From NCBI GenBank assembly GCA_010093995.1, contig ML992502.1, positions 2,426,728 to 2,490,727 of the forward strand: a stretch of DNA of 64,000 nucleotides, written 5' to 3'. Position numbers and translations under genes: made by a program. The notes beneath the pieces are model-generated. The model was not told where the DNA came from. It saw nothing but the letters and a program-made list of their open reading frames with translations, and did no database searches. Below, piece by piece: positions 39,193-51,300 of this stretch; the first letter of the stretch is position 1, and each line of letters begins with the position of its first letter. Origin of the DNA: Elsinoe ampelina. Lineage: Eukaryota.

Positions 39193-39894
39193 ATGCCCGA
39201 AATGAGTATAAAAATTGCAGGTGCTACATTGGAAGTTCCGCGGCCTAGCCCGGAGGCCAAACTAGGCATCTTAAAGGCGGTTGTAAGTGTATCAAATCCC
39301 ACGTAGTAATTAGTCCGTAACACAGTGTAGCATCATGGTCGAGTTGCAAAGCGACCGACTTTGCGAGAACGATTGGAGGCGCGAGGAGTGACCAGGGCTC
39401 GTCTGAAGGAACTTGTTCTTGGTCAAAATCGCAGGGTAGTGAAAAAGCAGTCAGACCGTCAATTCAGCTGGCAGTTGTTGAGGTACCTCGAGGCCAGAGA
39501 CGGCAATCTTGAGCAACATATCAACGGCTACCTCATGCAGCTGGAGAGAAGCCAGGCCGAAGCAGAACGAAAACATGAAGAAAGGACTCTCATCGTATCG
39601 ATATATGGAGGCCAGATCGTCCCGGAATGTACAGCCGTGAATTGTCAGACCACCACAAGTGCGCTCTGGGCGGTGTCTAAGATAGCATACATCATGCTGA
39701 AAGAGAGACACGAGGAAGAGGTCAGGCAGGGTAGAATGAGACTGTACCCAGAAGAATTTGCGGTGCCGACAGTTGAGACGGAAATTGCTCCACAGACTCT
39801 GGCCAAGCAGCCGAAGGTCCGAAAAATCGAGAGGCAATCTCCGGTCAGAAGATCACTTCGGTTGCGAGAGAAGCAACAAAAACGACAGAATTGA
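39193..39894 (+). CDS. Orphan partner gene copy P4 (NRR/RRSAR family)
   Basis: Exon 1 39193/39202-39282 (MSIKIAGATLEVPRPSPEAKLGILKAV), intron 39283-39330, exon 2 with RGVTRARLKELVLGQNRRVVKKQSDRQF...LWAVS...PVRRSLRLR. Confidence 0.85.
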
Positions 39895-40011
39895 TTAAGA
39901 GAAAGCGTCTAGTAGCAATGCTAGGACGGGATGGTTCTTCCATCAGCCATCGTCTCGAGCCGGAGATATTTCGCTGCGGCTTATCAGTGCTGCTGGAACG
40001 TGGCGTATGGT

Positions 40012-40803
40012 TTAGTCGTCTCCGGAAGCAGCGACTGTAACACGTATGGTCGCCGCCATCGCTTGGGCTTTCTTGATGTTGCTGACTCGGATAGACTTGA
40101 CAGCCTCGCAAAGCTCCTCTGGGCTCATCCTGTCTTTAGCTTCTATCTCGAATGCATCCTGAAGAGGGATGTTGAAAATTGCCAAGTTTTCGGCTTCGTT
40201 CCAGCCGTCTTGTACAAACTTGAGCAATTTCTCGCCTTCCGGGCCACTGGAACCAAGTGAGAGAACATCGTAGGGCGGGTGTTCGGGGTCCTTCCTCCAT
40301 CCCAGCGCAAAGAGAAACGTGTAAGTCAAGGCGAAGATGTCGCGATGGTCAGGGTATAGAAGCGGATCTCTATTCTGCAGGATCTCAAGAGGCACATAGC
40401 CTGGTGTTCCGCCGTGATATGGTCCCTTCTGGTGGCCCTTGGCAGACAAGCCGAAGTCAGTCAGCTTGATGGAGTTCGGACCGATGATGATGTTGGCTGG
40501 CTTAATATCATTATGCTCAATTCCATGCTTGACTGGATACTTGATAACATCAGGCATCTCATCTACCATAGTGTGGACCCGTTCTGGATCTGCGTTGCAG
40601 TACCCCTTGGAGTCGACATGCCGGGAGAGATCCAGACCGTCTAGATGCTCCAGTAGCAGCGAGAATGCATTTCTGTCAAGCGCTCCTTCCCAGGACGGTC
40701 GGCCGAGTACTACCAAAGCAGGAATCACGTGACCAGAGCTGGTTGTGGGGGCTGTACGACTTGAGCACGAAGCTCGATTTGCGAATGGCTCCTCGACAGC
40801 CAT
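40012..40803 (-). pseudogene. Kinase-like gene copy K5, open C-lobe but N-lobe apparently missing
   Basis: LLLEHLDG, HNDIKPANIII, KLTDFGLS, GGTPGYVPLE, RDIFAL, DRMSPEEL. There is no alphaC/LxH|xNI exon or conserved intron, and the first ATG is only ~35 bp from the upstream-most ATG of the divergent P5 gene. Confidence 0.7.
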
Positions 40804-40838
40804 TATACCGACAAGAGCTTAGCCTGCTGTACCTACCC

Positions 40839-41511
40839 ATGGGCAGCGTTAGGACGATGGAGACGATGGCTGTTCGTTCACCGTGGCCGGTCCCAAAGAT
40901 GAGCCCGGAGCCGCGAAGTCGCAGATCGCAAGCGGAGGTGAGAGCGAAGCACACCTGCTACCGGACAGTCAATACTGACAGCTCAGCAGTATCCAGGGTG
41001 TGAAGGTGGCGACCCGAATCTAGAACAGCTTCTGTCAACACTTGGGGTGGATGAGGGTCGCCGACGTCAGCTCTGCATGACGCACAATCGCCGTGTCGTA
41101 AAGATCCAAGAGGACAGGCATTTCTACTATGGACTATATCAGCATCTTACCAGGCATCCGCGAGTCCAACTAGAGCAAGGCATATCGAGATTTCTGATGG
41201 ACAAGGAGGAGGAAAACAGGAGAATGGAGACCGCTTTCGAGCAGAGGATAAGCAAGGTTCTTGCGCTGAGCGCTGTGTCCCACAAAGGCAACGGCATGAG
41301 CGGATTCGATACGCAATGTCGGCTGCTATGGGCGATGTCAGAGGTGTTGCATTCGCTACTGAAGGTCGAGAGCGAGAAGAAGCAGAGCGCCTGGAGGAGC
41401 AGGATCGAGCGAGAATTGGCAAAGCATGAAGCTAAGGCAGCGGCAGAAAAGCATGTTGGGGTCAGGCGATCTGCTCGTATCAGAGCACGGAAGATCGCAA
41501 ACAAGAGATAA
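40839..41511 (+). CDS. Orphan partner gene copy P5 (NRR/RRSAR family)
   Basis: Exon 1 to 40937 (..MAVRSPWPVPKMSPEPRSRRSQAE; possible ATGs at 40839, 40857, 40866), intron 40938-40986/40989, exon 2 with LGVDEGRRRQLCMTHNRRVVKIQEDRHF...LWAMS...VRRSARIR. Confidence 0.82.
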
Positions 41512-42342
41512 ATCAATGGTGTCGCTGTAGAGGAAAAGTTGAAGATTCACACATTCTGAAGTTGCGCAACCGGAGCAACTCAGCGAGTACGTCATAGACA
41601 CTTGCTTGAATGTCACGTGATTTCTGATGACCTAGCGCCGGCTCTGTCGCCCTTGACTCCATCATGCTTCGAGGGATAGTTTAATCATCCACGACTCTTC
41701 AGCTCCAGCCCATCTCTTCATAAATCCCATCGATCGCCACACCTCCCGCCTCGTCCGTCTTCCAGACCGACCCTGTCTCACCATCCGCCGAATCCGAGAC
41801 CTCCCACCCCACTCTGCAACCGGTGACCGACCTGTCCAACCCACCACATGGCATGTTTCAAGCCTACCACGGTCATGACCTGTCCATCTTGAGATCCAGA
41901 CGACCAAGACGTCACGACTCTGTTTGACATAGAACATGCATCGAAAGGAAGAGGTTGCTCCCTCCCAAACAGGTCCGGAGCGCCACGTGCTTCAGGGGAG
42001 TCGCAGGAGACGACTTGGGGTCTTGGGATTGGGATGGAAAGTAGACCTCGGCTTACGATTATGAGTCTACGAACGAGGTATTGATGCTGTAGCAATGATG
42101 CCCATGAGATCTAAAGTGTGATTATGGGGGATTATGTATTAGCAATTGAAGCATTAACGGAATTAAGTGGTATCTAGCATCTGTACAGCAATTCAGTGAC
42201 AGGAATTTTGCCCTCTCCATCCTTCCCGCAGACCAGGGGTGAGCATCTCTTGAGAGTGCATACAGTCTATATCCCTCCAACCCAACCATGCAATGCAATT
42301 GAATGCCCATCACCACCCTCAAGCACAAGCAGAGACTCAACC

Positions 42343-43470
42343 TCATGCCTCCTCCACAGCCTTCACCACCTCTCCCCACCCCACACCCCACCCCTCATAC
42401 CCCCTCTCCACCGTAACAAACACGCCCTCGACACCCTCCTCCTTCGCCCTCCTCACCACCTCGGCCTCCTCCCCCCTCCCTCTCGGACAAGAATGCACCA
42501 TCACGGTACTCTTCCTCCTGACCTCCCTCCCGCCCTCAAACCCATCCAAGCCCCTATCCACCCACGCCCCGTACCCATCCTCAAAACACGTCACCTTGTC
42601 CGCAAACTCATAATACCTCTCGGCAACCGGACACCCAGGATTCGTCCACACCAAACACCCCCGGCTCAGACTCCGTCGGATATAAGCGTGCAAACTCGAC
42701 ATGTACCCCAAGTGCCTCTCATGATGGGGCGCCTCGTCGACGAAAATCCCGGAGATGTGGATGTCGACTGCGCCCTCGTCCAGGTCCCTCCTCCGCTGGG
42801 CGCCCGCGAGCGTCACTCCGCTATCCATCGGCCGTAGTGGGGAAGACACCTTCATCGCCGACGCGGACGTGGGCGGGATGGTGGGCGAGGGAGGCAGGGA
42901 TTGCTTGTTCCAGCGCTCGTACCGGCGGACGTCTTCGAAGACGTCTTCGAGAGAACGCTCTGCCCACTTGACGTGCACGTACCCGAAGAGCGTGGCGTTG
43001 GGGTACGTGTTCAGCCGCGTGACTTGGCGGACGTAGTTGGCATCCGGGGTGTCGCCGCCTGGCCCATTGGCGGGATTGATGATGATGTCGAATTGTACGG
43101 TGGGGTGTTGGGAGAGGGCGGTGAAGAGGGGGTCCCAGGAGGTGGAGGTCGGGTAGATGTACAGCGGCACCTGGAGGCGGAGTTTGCGGAGGGGTTTGGG
43201 GGAGCGGGATGTGCGGGACGCCATGGAAGAGGAGGTGTCGGAGGGAGGGGAGAGGCGGGAGGTGGAGCTGGGGGATTTTTGGCGTAAGTTGTCGCGGGAT
43301 TTGGTGCGGCGTTGGTAGGTAGGGGAGTAGAAGCCTGAGACGGTGGTTGTGGTTGTGGTTTTGGGTTTGTAGCCTTGGGGACCGTCGAAGGCGGATTGTT
43401 TGGTGGGCACCGGTGGGGGACAGCCGGAGAGGCGGTCGTGGAGGTCGCGGAAGAAGGCGCGGACAGGCAT
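42343..43470 (-). CDS. sph3: Spherulin-4 family (GH135) glycoside hydrolase, Sph3-like
   Basis: VPLYIYP...WDPL...FDIIINPANGPG...PDANY, FGYVH, ISGIFVDEAP, VWTNPG, VTCFE. Adjacent to the GAG synthase. Confidence 0.85.
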   Translation of the reverse strand: MPVRAFFRDLHDRLSGCPPPVPTKQSAFDGPQGYKPKTTTTTTVSGFYSPTYQRRTKSRDNLRQKSPSSTSRLSPPSDTSSSMASRTSRSPKPLRKLRLQVPLYIYPTSTSWDPLFTALSQHPTVQFDIIINPANGPGGDTPDANYVRQVTRLNTYPNATLFGYVHVKWAERSLEDVFEDVRRYERWNKQSLPPSPTIPPTSASAMKVSSPLRPMDSGVTLAGAQRRRDLDEGAVDIHISGIFVDEAPHHERHLGYMSSLHAYIRRSLSRGCLVWTNPGCPVAERYYEFADKVTCFEDGYGAWVDRGLDGFEGGREVRRKSTVMVHSCPRGRGEEAEVVRRAKEEGVEGVFVTVERGYEGWGVGWGEVVKAVEEA

Positions 43471-45329
43471 GGCTGGAAGTTGGCCGCCGAGAAGAGTAAT
43501 GTATGTATCCAGGGTTGATGACGGTCAGTAGTGGAAGCAGGGACGGGGCCACGTGTTGGGCGTCACTGGCGGGCGATCAGCGTCACTACTTTGTGGCTAG
43601 TAATAATAAGAAATATAGATGGCAAGTCCCAAGTGGCAGGCGACAGAAGTATATACAGAAACATGTCAAGCTGAGTTCGTGGAAGAGAAGGCGCACGGGT
43701 CAGACGGTGCGTGGTCAGAGGGGCAGGGCCAAAAGGCAAAGCTTGATCTCGGGTTTCGGATTCAATACAAGAACTGAGAAGGGGTAAGGATAGACAGTTC
43801 AGTGGAGCACGAGCAGGAGCAGAGCAGGAGCACGAGCGTCGGGAGCGTCAGGAGCGGGCTTCAGCTCGGAATGGGCCCGTGGTGCATGACAGTGGTTACT
43901 AGGTATGACACCAGACCGAGTAGAAGCAAAGTCAGACTGGACTACTAAGTTACTGTCTGTGACCAGCCAAGTAGTGTCGAGGATGATGTTTCTTTTCACA
44001 GTGCTCGAGCTTTGAAACGGTGCCGCTCTTGGGTTCGGCTGGCTTTGAAACGCACCCAAACAGAGGCCAGCTCGTCGTGTTTCTGCCTCGCTTCCTCCAT
44101 CTTTTGCCTATCTTTGTCTCGCATCATTTTACCCAGAATTCACCCACGATGGAGCTCTGTAGCCCGGTTTTCCTCATCCACCATGCCATGCAAATGCCAC
44201 GCCACGCCTCACACATGCTCAATCCATTCTTTCGTCTTCCCATTCCATGCCACGACGATCTACCGCATCTATCGAAAACCCCCCATCCTTCCTGCCCATA
44301 ACATCCACCGCCTCTCGCTTCCCTTCCTTCCCGCCCCTTGCCCTGCGCGACACATCTTCTCTGTTTTCGGTTCCCCTCTGTCCCAAAGTGTAGAGTTCGC
44401 GGGAAAAAATACGACATTGCTTCTGACTTGTCTCCCGAACGAGATGATCACCATTTCCCTCTTTGCATTTATTTCGCGATTGAATTCCGCTGTATCTGCT
44501 GCCCTCGCCCTATTATCCTGTCATTTGCACCGCCTCTGGTGCCACGTGTGGACCACAATTCCATCATTCATTATTGCCTCCGTACAGACCGCTGCCCATC
44601 ATCATCTCACCCTTCCCCTCCCTCCCTCTCCCTTCCTCACCCCTCTCACCCTCCGTCCATCCCGCAACCAAGCACCACTCCCACCCGCCCTGCACGCGCG
44701 ACCTTGCCCGCCCGGCCGCGTAAAAACCACGTTGAGAAAGGGCACATCCCAAACCCACAAACCACGCCCCCCACCGTGCGCATTCTCTTCGCGGGACGGA
44801 AATAGAACACACGCGCCTGCAATAGACTTTTTTTTTTATTTTCTGCCCACGACCCGCTCCACGCTGACGATGGCTGACCCGCTGACGCTGTCTCTCGTCC
44901 AACGGGTCCTACAGTAGTACGGGTGTCGTCCCGCAGATGGCCCGCAGGACGCGAACTGAACTTGCCGGGAGCGTCATTTGCGTCGTACCGCTGGCGACGG
45001 AGGGGGGATTCCTTCCGTCTACTCTTAGGTGGGAGATGAACCTTCCATGGGCTGTCCAAAGAATCTAGTGTGAGTGAACTCGGACAAGGCGCGCAGAGTT
45101 GCTACGAGACAGATCACGATGCACAATGTAAAGTGTGAAGTGTAAACATAATCAAATTACCCTCTACGCTATGCACCTCCCCTGTACAACGCGCGCGTGT
45201 ATTCCACGGCCTCCCCTTTTTAGTGACAAGTAAACCACAACAACAAAGCGACAACTACATGGGATATCAAGCCTGTTCCTTTTTCCCTCCCCTCTATACC
45301 AATACCAATACCAATACTGCACAAACATT

Positions 45330-48300
45330 CTACTTCTCCCCCCCTCCGACCTCAATGTACTCCCCCCTCTCCTCCTCCCCCTGCACCTGCTTCCTCTCCC
45401 TCTTCCCCCTCAACTTCCTCTCGTCAAAATCCTGCCATCTCGGACGCACGGCCTGCTCTTCTTCCGCCGCGACGTCGTAGGCGTACAGTCCGTCGCCGCC
45501 GAACACGCCGCTCGCGCCGGGGTGGGTCTTGCCCGTGAGACCCTTGCGACGGGCCTCGGCCCACTTGCGCTGGATCCAATACATTTGCTCGTGCTCGCGG
45601 AGGTAGCGCTTGCCGTGGAAGCTGCGAAGCACGACGTCGCGCAGCTTGAGCCCGAGGGCTTTGCGGTCCTCGACCTTCTCGTACATGCGCTTGGTGATCC
45701 AGGCTACGTCTTCTGGGGTGAAAGTTTCCGGGAGAGGAGGTGGCTTAACTTCGTCGTGGGTGTAGGCTGTCCAGGGACCCAGCATGGCGAGGAGCGAGAT
45801 CTGGGCACGAGCGAGGGCCTCTGGGTCGTTGGGTGGAACAACTTCGCCGTAGCGCTTGCTTGGGTCGTCTGGGTCGGTGAGCACGAGGGCGGTGGCGCCG
45901 ACTTCGGTGGCTACGATGGGGATACCGGACAGAGCAGCTTCGCCGATAGCCAAGGGAAGACCTTCGGACAGAGACGAATTCATGAACAGCCAGGCATCCT
46001 TAAGCACTTCCTTCGGTGAGCCGAAACCAGCCAGGGTGACCTTGCCAGACATGCCACGAGTGTTGATGAGCGTGGTAGTCTCGAGTGCGTACGAAGGTTG
46101 ACGATCCTGAGCACCATAGACGGTAAGACGGTAGTCAGTGAAGCCAAACTTGTTGATGATGACATCCGCAGCAAGCACAGCATTCTTGACATCCTTGATG
46201 AACTGCACATTCGACAACATGACTGTCGTCGGGAACTTGGTGCGAGTCTCCTTGACTGGCTGGAAGGCGTCCATGTTACCGATACCGTTGACGATGGGAT
46301 CGATCTTGCGAGCGAATTGCTTCTTGCTGACACGCATGCCCTGATCAGTTCCGAGATCCATCTCCCAGTCGGGGTTGAATACGGACGTGCAAGGAAGGAT
46401 GATATCTGCGTGGGTGTATGCCAGATGGCAAGCGAGCTTGACACCAGACAGAAGCATACCCTGCACTGGAACTGGGAGGAGACACTGAGCTGGAGAGATA
46501 TTGAGACACATCTCACGCCAGAGGATGGCGTGATCCCAGATACCCCAAGTCGTGTTGCGGCGGTACTTGAGAAGGATACCGTAAAGTGAAGAGATACCGT
46601 GGTGGGTGGTCTGGAACACCTTGGGGCAGTCTGCTGGAATTTCCACCGAGTAGATGAAGAAGTAGCAGATGTACAAGTTGAGTGCGTCCCTGAAGTCAGT
46701 CATGCTCGGCGTTTCGATCTCTAGCATATCCTTGATGTTGATGACGTTCTCATCACCATAGTCAATCAGCCACGACTCGATCCATGCTTCCCAGACGGCT
46801 TCGCACTTCCATGTCTTATTGAAGTCGCGAGTCTCAAAGTACCTGTTCATCTTGAGAATGGCGTTGCTGTAGGTCACCAGATCCTCGCGAGTGTAGCGGC
46901 GAGACCGAGCACCCTTGACGAAGCTCTTGAGAAGAGGAATGAAGATGTCCTTGATGTCTTGCTCGATGCGCGTGTCGCTGATGCGCTCGTCGATCTGAGT
47001 CTGGAGAAGATTGTCAAGCAGACCGTGATAAGGCGTCTTACCATCAAGACCCCATAGAGGCAGGACCTTAAGCGAGTTGATGTTGCGTTCGATCTGGTAT
47101 CTGGGGACACCATAATCGTTGGCGCCTTCAGCAAGACAGTGACCACGGATGGTGGTGTGGCCATTGACCAAGTCACGACGACAGTTGGAGACACCACCTG
47201 GGTTGTCGGGCCAGCAGCCATTGTCAGAGAAGATGACTGAGGTGGAAGTGGCGGTATCGCGGTAAGTATCCTCAGGACGAGCAGTGAGACGAGTAGAATC
47301 CTTTGCAAGACCCATCTCGAAGAGATCAGCGGCCTTGATGAGCAGTGGGCAGGTGGCAGAAGTTTCGAGACTCGGTTCGATGGCAGAAATGATCTGCTCC
47401 AGGTTCTCATCGAGAGCATGAGCAGCGCGGAGCAAGTGACCAGCATCGCGAAGGTGCCAGTAGCGCTTGAGGAGTGGCTCCTGCCGCAGAATCATTTCAT
47501 CGAGGAAACAAGCGGAGACGGCGTCAAGGTACGGTGGCTTGGCCCAGGACTTCCAGAGCATGGTTCGCAGTTGAGAAGTTGGCATGCTACGGTAGACGAC
47601 CTTCTTGTCGGTCGACGACCATCCAGATGGCATCGCCTTGATGAGCTTGTGCGAGTTGCGAGAGGAGAGAGAGCTACCAGATGACGGATCAGTCCGGCAA
47701 AGACGTTCGAGCCATGCAATGCGGTGATGAATCAGAAGATCCTCATCCTCAAAGCTGACGTTCTTGGGCTTCTTCATGAACCCGAATTCATCATTGGTGA
47801 TGTGGTCCGGAGCACCCATGAAGGTCTCTGAACCATTCTTTCCCATGATGGTAGTTTCCATCTGTGGATTCTGCGCATGCTTGTAGATCCATCTGACATC
47901 AAAGGTCTGGCCATCTTGAGTAAGGATGACACGCTGCACCTTTTCGGAAGGAGTCCAGTTCTTGACATCCTCAGATCCAGCACGAGGCTTGACAGACCAG
48001 AATACAGACATGGTCATTGGGAAGGAGCTGGTGACACTGGTGATGTTGGCTTGCAGGACCTCAGAGTTACCCTTGGGACGCTTGGAGAAGACATATTCGA
48101 AGGAGAACTCGTGGTTGCCACGGAAGATACGTCCAGATTTGATGCGGCCATACTTGTCGTACAAGCACCGGTACTCGACTCCGTTCTCGACAGTGGTTCT
48201 CGAAGCAGGCCATCTCTTGTGGGACAGCTGCTCGTAGTGGTAGGTCGAAACAGCACCAGAGGCCTCCTCACGACCGTGAAGTCTGTGAGAAGATCCGTAG

Positions 48301-51300
48301 AATGCACGAGCGAGAGGCTTCTTTCCATTAGGCTGTTGCTGAAGATCGCCGTCGAATATGGAGACAACCAAGTTCCTGGCGTTGGTGCGAGAGATAAAAC
48401 CAGTGCGTACATAAAGTGCGGTCTCAACAAGGATGCGGTGACCCTCAAGAGTACGAGGCGCACCATGACGGAGCAAGCTAAGGAAGCGCCCATATGGCTT
48501 CTTCCCGCCAATGACGAAAGTGTAAATCATCAAGTTCTTCATCCACCAGCAGAGCTTCCAGCATTTGAGCAGAGTCCAGAGAATGATCTTGCGGAATGGG
48601 TTGGCTCGGAGTGAATACCAAAGTTCCTTGGGAACATCTGGTCCAGCACCGGAAATGATTGCCACCCACTTTGCAACATCATAGCAGCCACGGACGATCG
48701 AGTTGCCAATCTTGACCAGTATGCTCACGCCCTTCAGGGAACGAGGGAGAGCAGCGCTGAGCTCTGGCTCAACCTCTGGGATCGAAACCATAGAGGGTGT
48801 GCGTGAAGCGATGGCAGGGCGTTCCTTCTGAACGGCAAGAGAAGATCGAAGCTGGTTGATGGCAAGGCCAAGACCGCTGTTGAAACGCTCGACATTGACG
48901 CCATTGTCTACGAGCCATGCGCGGACGATCCAAGTTTGAGGGACTGGCATGCCGAGCACGCGGTAGACAATCATCTTGCGAACATCTTCGGGAAGAGCAG
49001 ACCACTTGGTATTGACGTCGATGTTGAGGGTGAGATTCTTGAGCATCTCTCGGATTGCTCGATGGGTCGTGCTGCACGAGATACCCTGCGAGCCGGCATG
49101 GGAACCGCGAGAGGGTGGAGCAGACTTGAGCTGAACGACACTGTCAATGGAGCTCTTGTTGCGGACATGTCCGTAAGCAGCATTTTTGCGCTTTGGTGCA
49201 CGATGGAAGTAGCCAGTGAGCAAGAAAGTGCCAACAGCAGCTGAGACTGTCGCAGTGTTTAGTGCGATAGCGTAATCGTAGAAGAAGCCGGCGGTCGCAT
49301 CGAGACTGCGAAGGACGATACCAACAGTGAAACCAGCAACGCAGCAGAGGAGAACGGTCAGAACGTGGGCGCGCGCATCCTTTGTGAAGCAGCGGTTGAA
49401 CTGGAAGAAGAGCGCACCAGTGTATCCAGAGATGTAGGTGAAGAAGAGGATGATGGCTTGCTTATCGATGACGAATCCCCAAAGGAGCAAGACTGTGGCA
49501 CCGAGTGTCATTGATAGCAGAGTGACGAGCTCCAGCAAAGCATTGCGGTAATGCTTGCGGCGAACCTGAGCCTCGTTCTCCTTGACTCTATCAAAGTCGG
49601 CCATCTCAGCGATTCTCTCGTTGGACATCTGCGCTAACTTGGGCCAATACTTCTGAAGAACGATATCGACAGAGACGGCGCCGAAGAGGAAGTACAGAAG
49701 ACCAAAGCAGAGTGCGTATTTCGACCGCTGGTCGTAGTAGAGTCCAGCCTGAGGGAAGCGGGCACTCATGACGAGGGATACCCAACGATCCATGAGAGCA
49801 CCGAGGAAGAGACCGACGTTCTGTCCAAGATCATACTTGGAATAGCGGAAAGTGATGAACGGGCTGTGTTCGCGAAGACCGCGAACAAGTTGGCGCTGGT
49901 TACCGAGAGCAAGCTCGAGCTGTACGAACCAAGTGGCAGTGTACATCTCAGGCAGCTCCTGCTCACCAGCCTCCTTCTCCAACAGCCACATTGCGTATGG
50001 ATGACCGACAGCCATCTTCTTGACAAAGTCATCAGCAACCCTGTAGAAGATCTTGACATAGAGCGAACGGCTGTGGTACCGGCTGACTTCAGCCTTGAGG
50101 AGATCTCTGGCTTCCACCGCGAGGAGATTGTCGTCTGTATCTTCATCATCTTCCTCGTCGTCTTCATCGGCGACCTTGGCCTTGAACCAAGCGATGAGAT
50201 CCTTCTCTTTGATGGTGGGCACCTTTGCTTGCCAGGTAGTCCACTCGTGGCAGAGATTGCGGAAAGAAACAATGAGGCAAAACAAGAAGAGGTAAATAAC
50301 AAGCATGTAAATCAGAAGATCGTGGCCGTTAACAAATGTCGTTACAATTGGTGAGATTAAAAGGACTGGCATGCACTTCCACATGGCAATACGTCCAGAT
50401 GTAAGCGGGCTTCCAGGCCTGTGCATGGTGGCGAAGATCCCGAGAACATTGAGGAAAGTGGTAAGTGCGAATAAGTACAAGACGAAGATGAAGCCAGCGA
50501 ACCAGCTATATTGAATGCCAAATGCGATGAAGCCGCAGAATGCGACCACAGACGTGAGCATGAAGGCACCGGAGAATCGCTGGACGAAGAAGTGTGTCAT
50601 GTTGTCGAAGGCATAGTTGAAGAGGTAGAAGCCGCCAGTGCTGCCTACCCATCCAGTGATACCGCCAGTCATGAGTAGGGAGGTCAGAATAGCGTAATTT
50701 GCCATTTCACGGACTTCACGGTCCATGAAGGCTGTGAGGTAGAAACCACGACCAAGGAAGGTGAGAAGAACAACGTCAAAGACGGCAGGGAAGCAGAAGA
50801 TGGAAAGTGCTCCCAGCTTCTGCATCGTGTCGTCGTTGGAGCTCTTCTTCTCCTTGTCGGGTTCGTTGAGCTTGTGACCAGGAATGTCGCCAGGCAGTTC
50901 CTTCATTCTACCGGCTTTGGCCATTGGGTCGTAGCCCTCCTGTTTGTACTTGGGCGAGACGTTGGAGTAAGCCGTGAAGACATCCTTGCCATTGAATGAG
51001 GATGTTGGAGGAGGATTTGCGTCCAGATACTGCCTGTACTTCTCGTAGATGATTTCACCGAGAGTACGTGGGAGCACGCCAAAGTAGATCTGGCATTGCG
51101 ATCCCAACACCCACAGCTCTGCGAAGACACCAGCTTGATCGTGCTGCGACAAGAAGAGCGGACAGCGATCCGTGGTCTCGAGGTAGACATCCTCGAAAGC
51201 GTACTTGCGAAGGGCGCAGAAGAATACGAGCGAGAAAAGATCAGTCGTGGTATCAATCTTCTTGCCGTCGACAGCAGTAGAGTAGACCTGAAGAAGGACT

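Noticed and set aside
44012..44917. 301-aa ORF between sph3 and gtb3
   Set aside because: Low-complexity, pyrimidine-tract-derived, no motif; probably UTR or intergenic.
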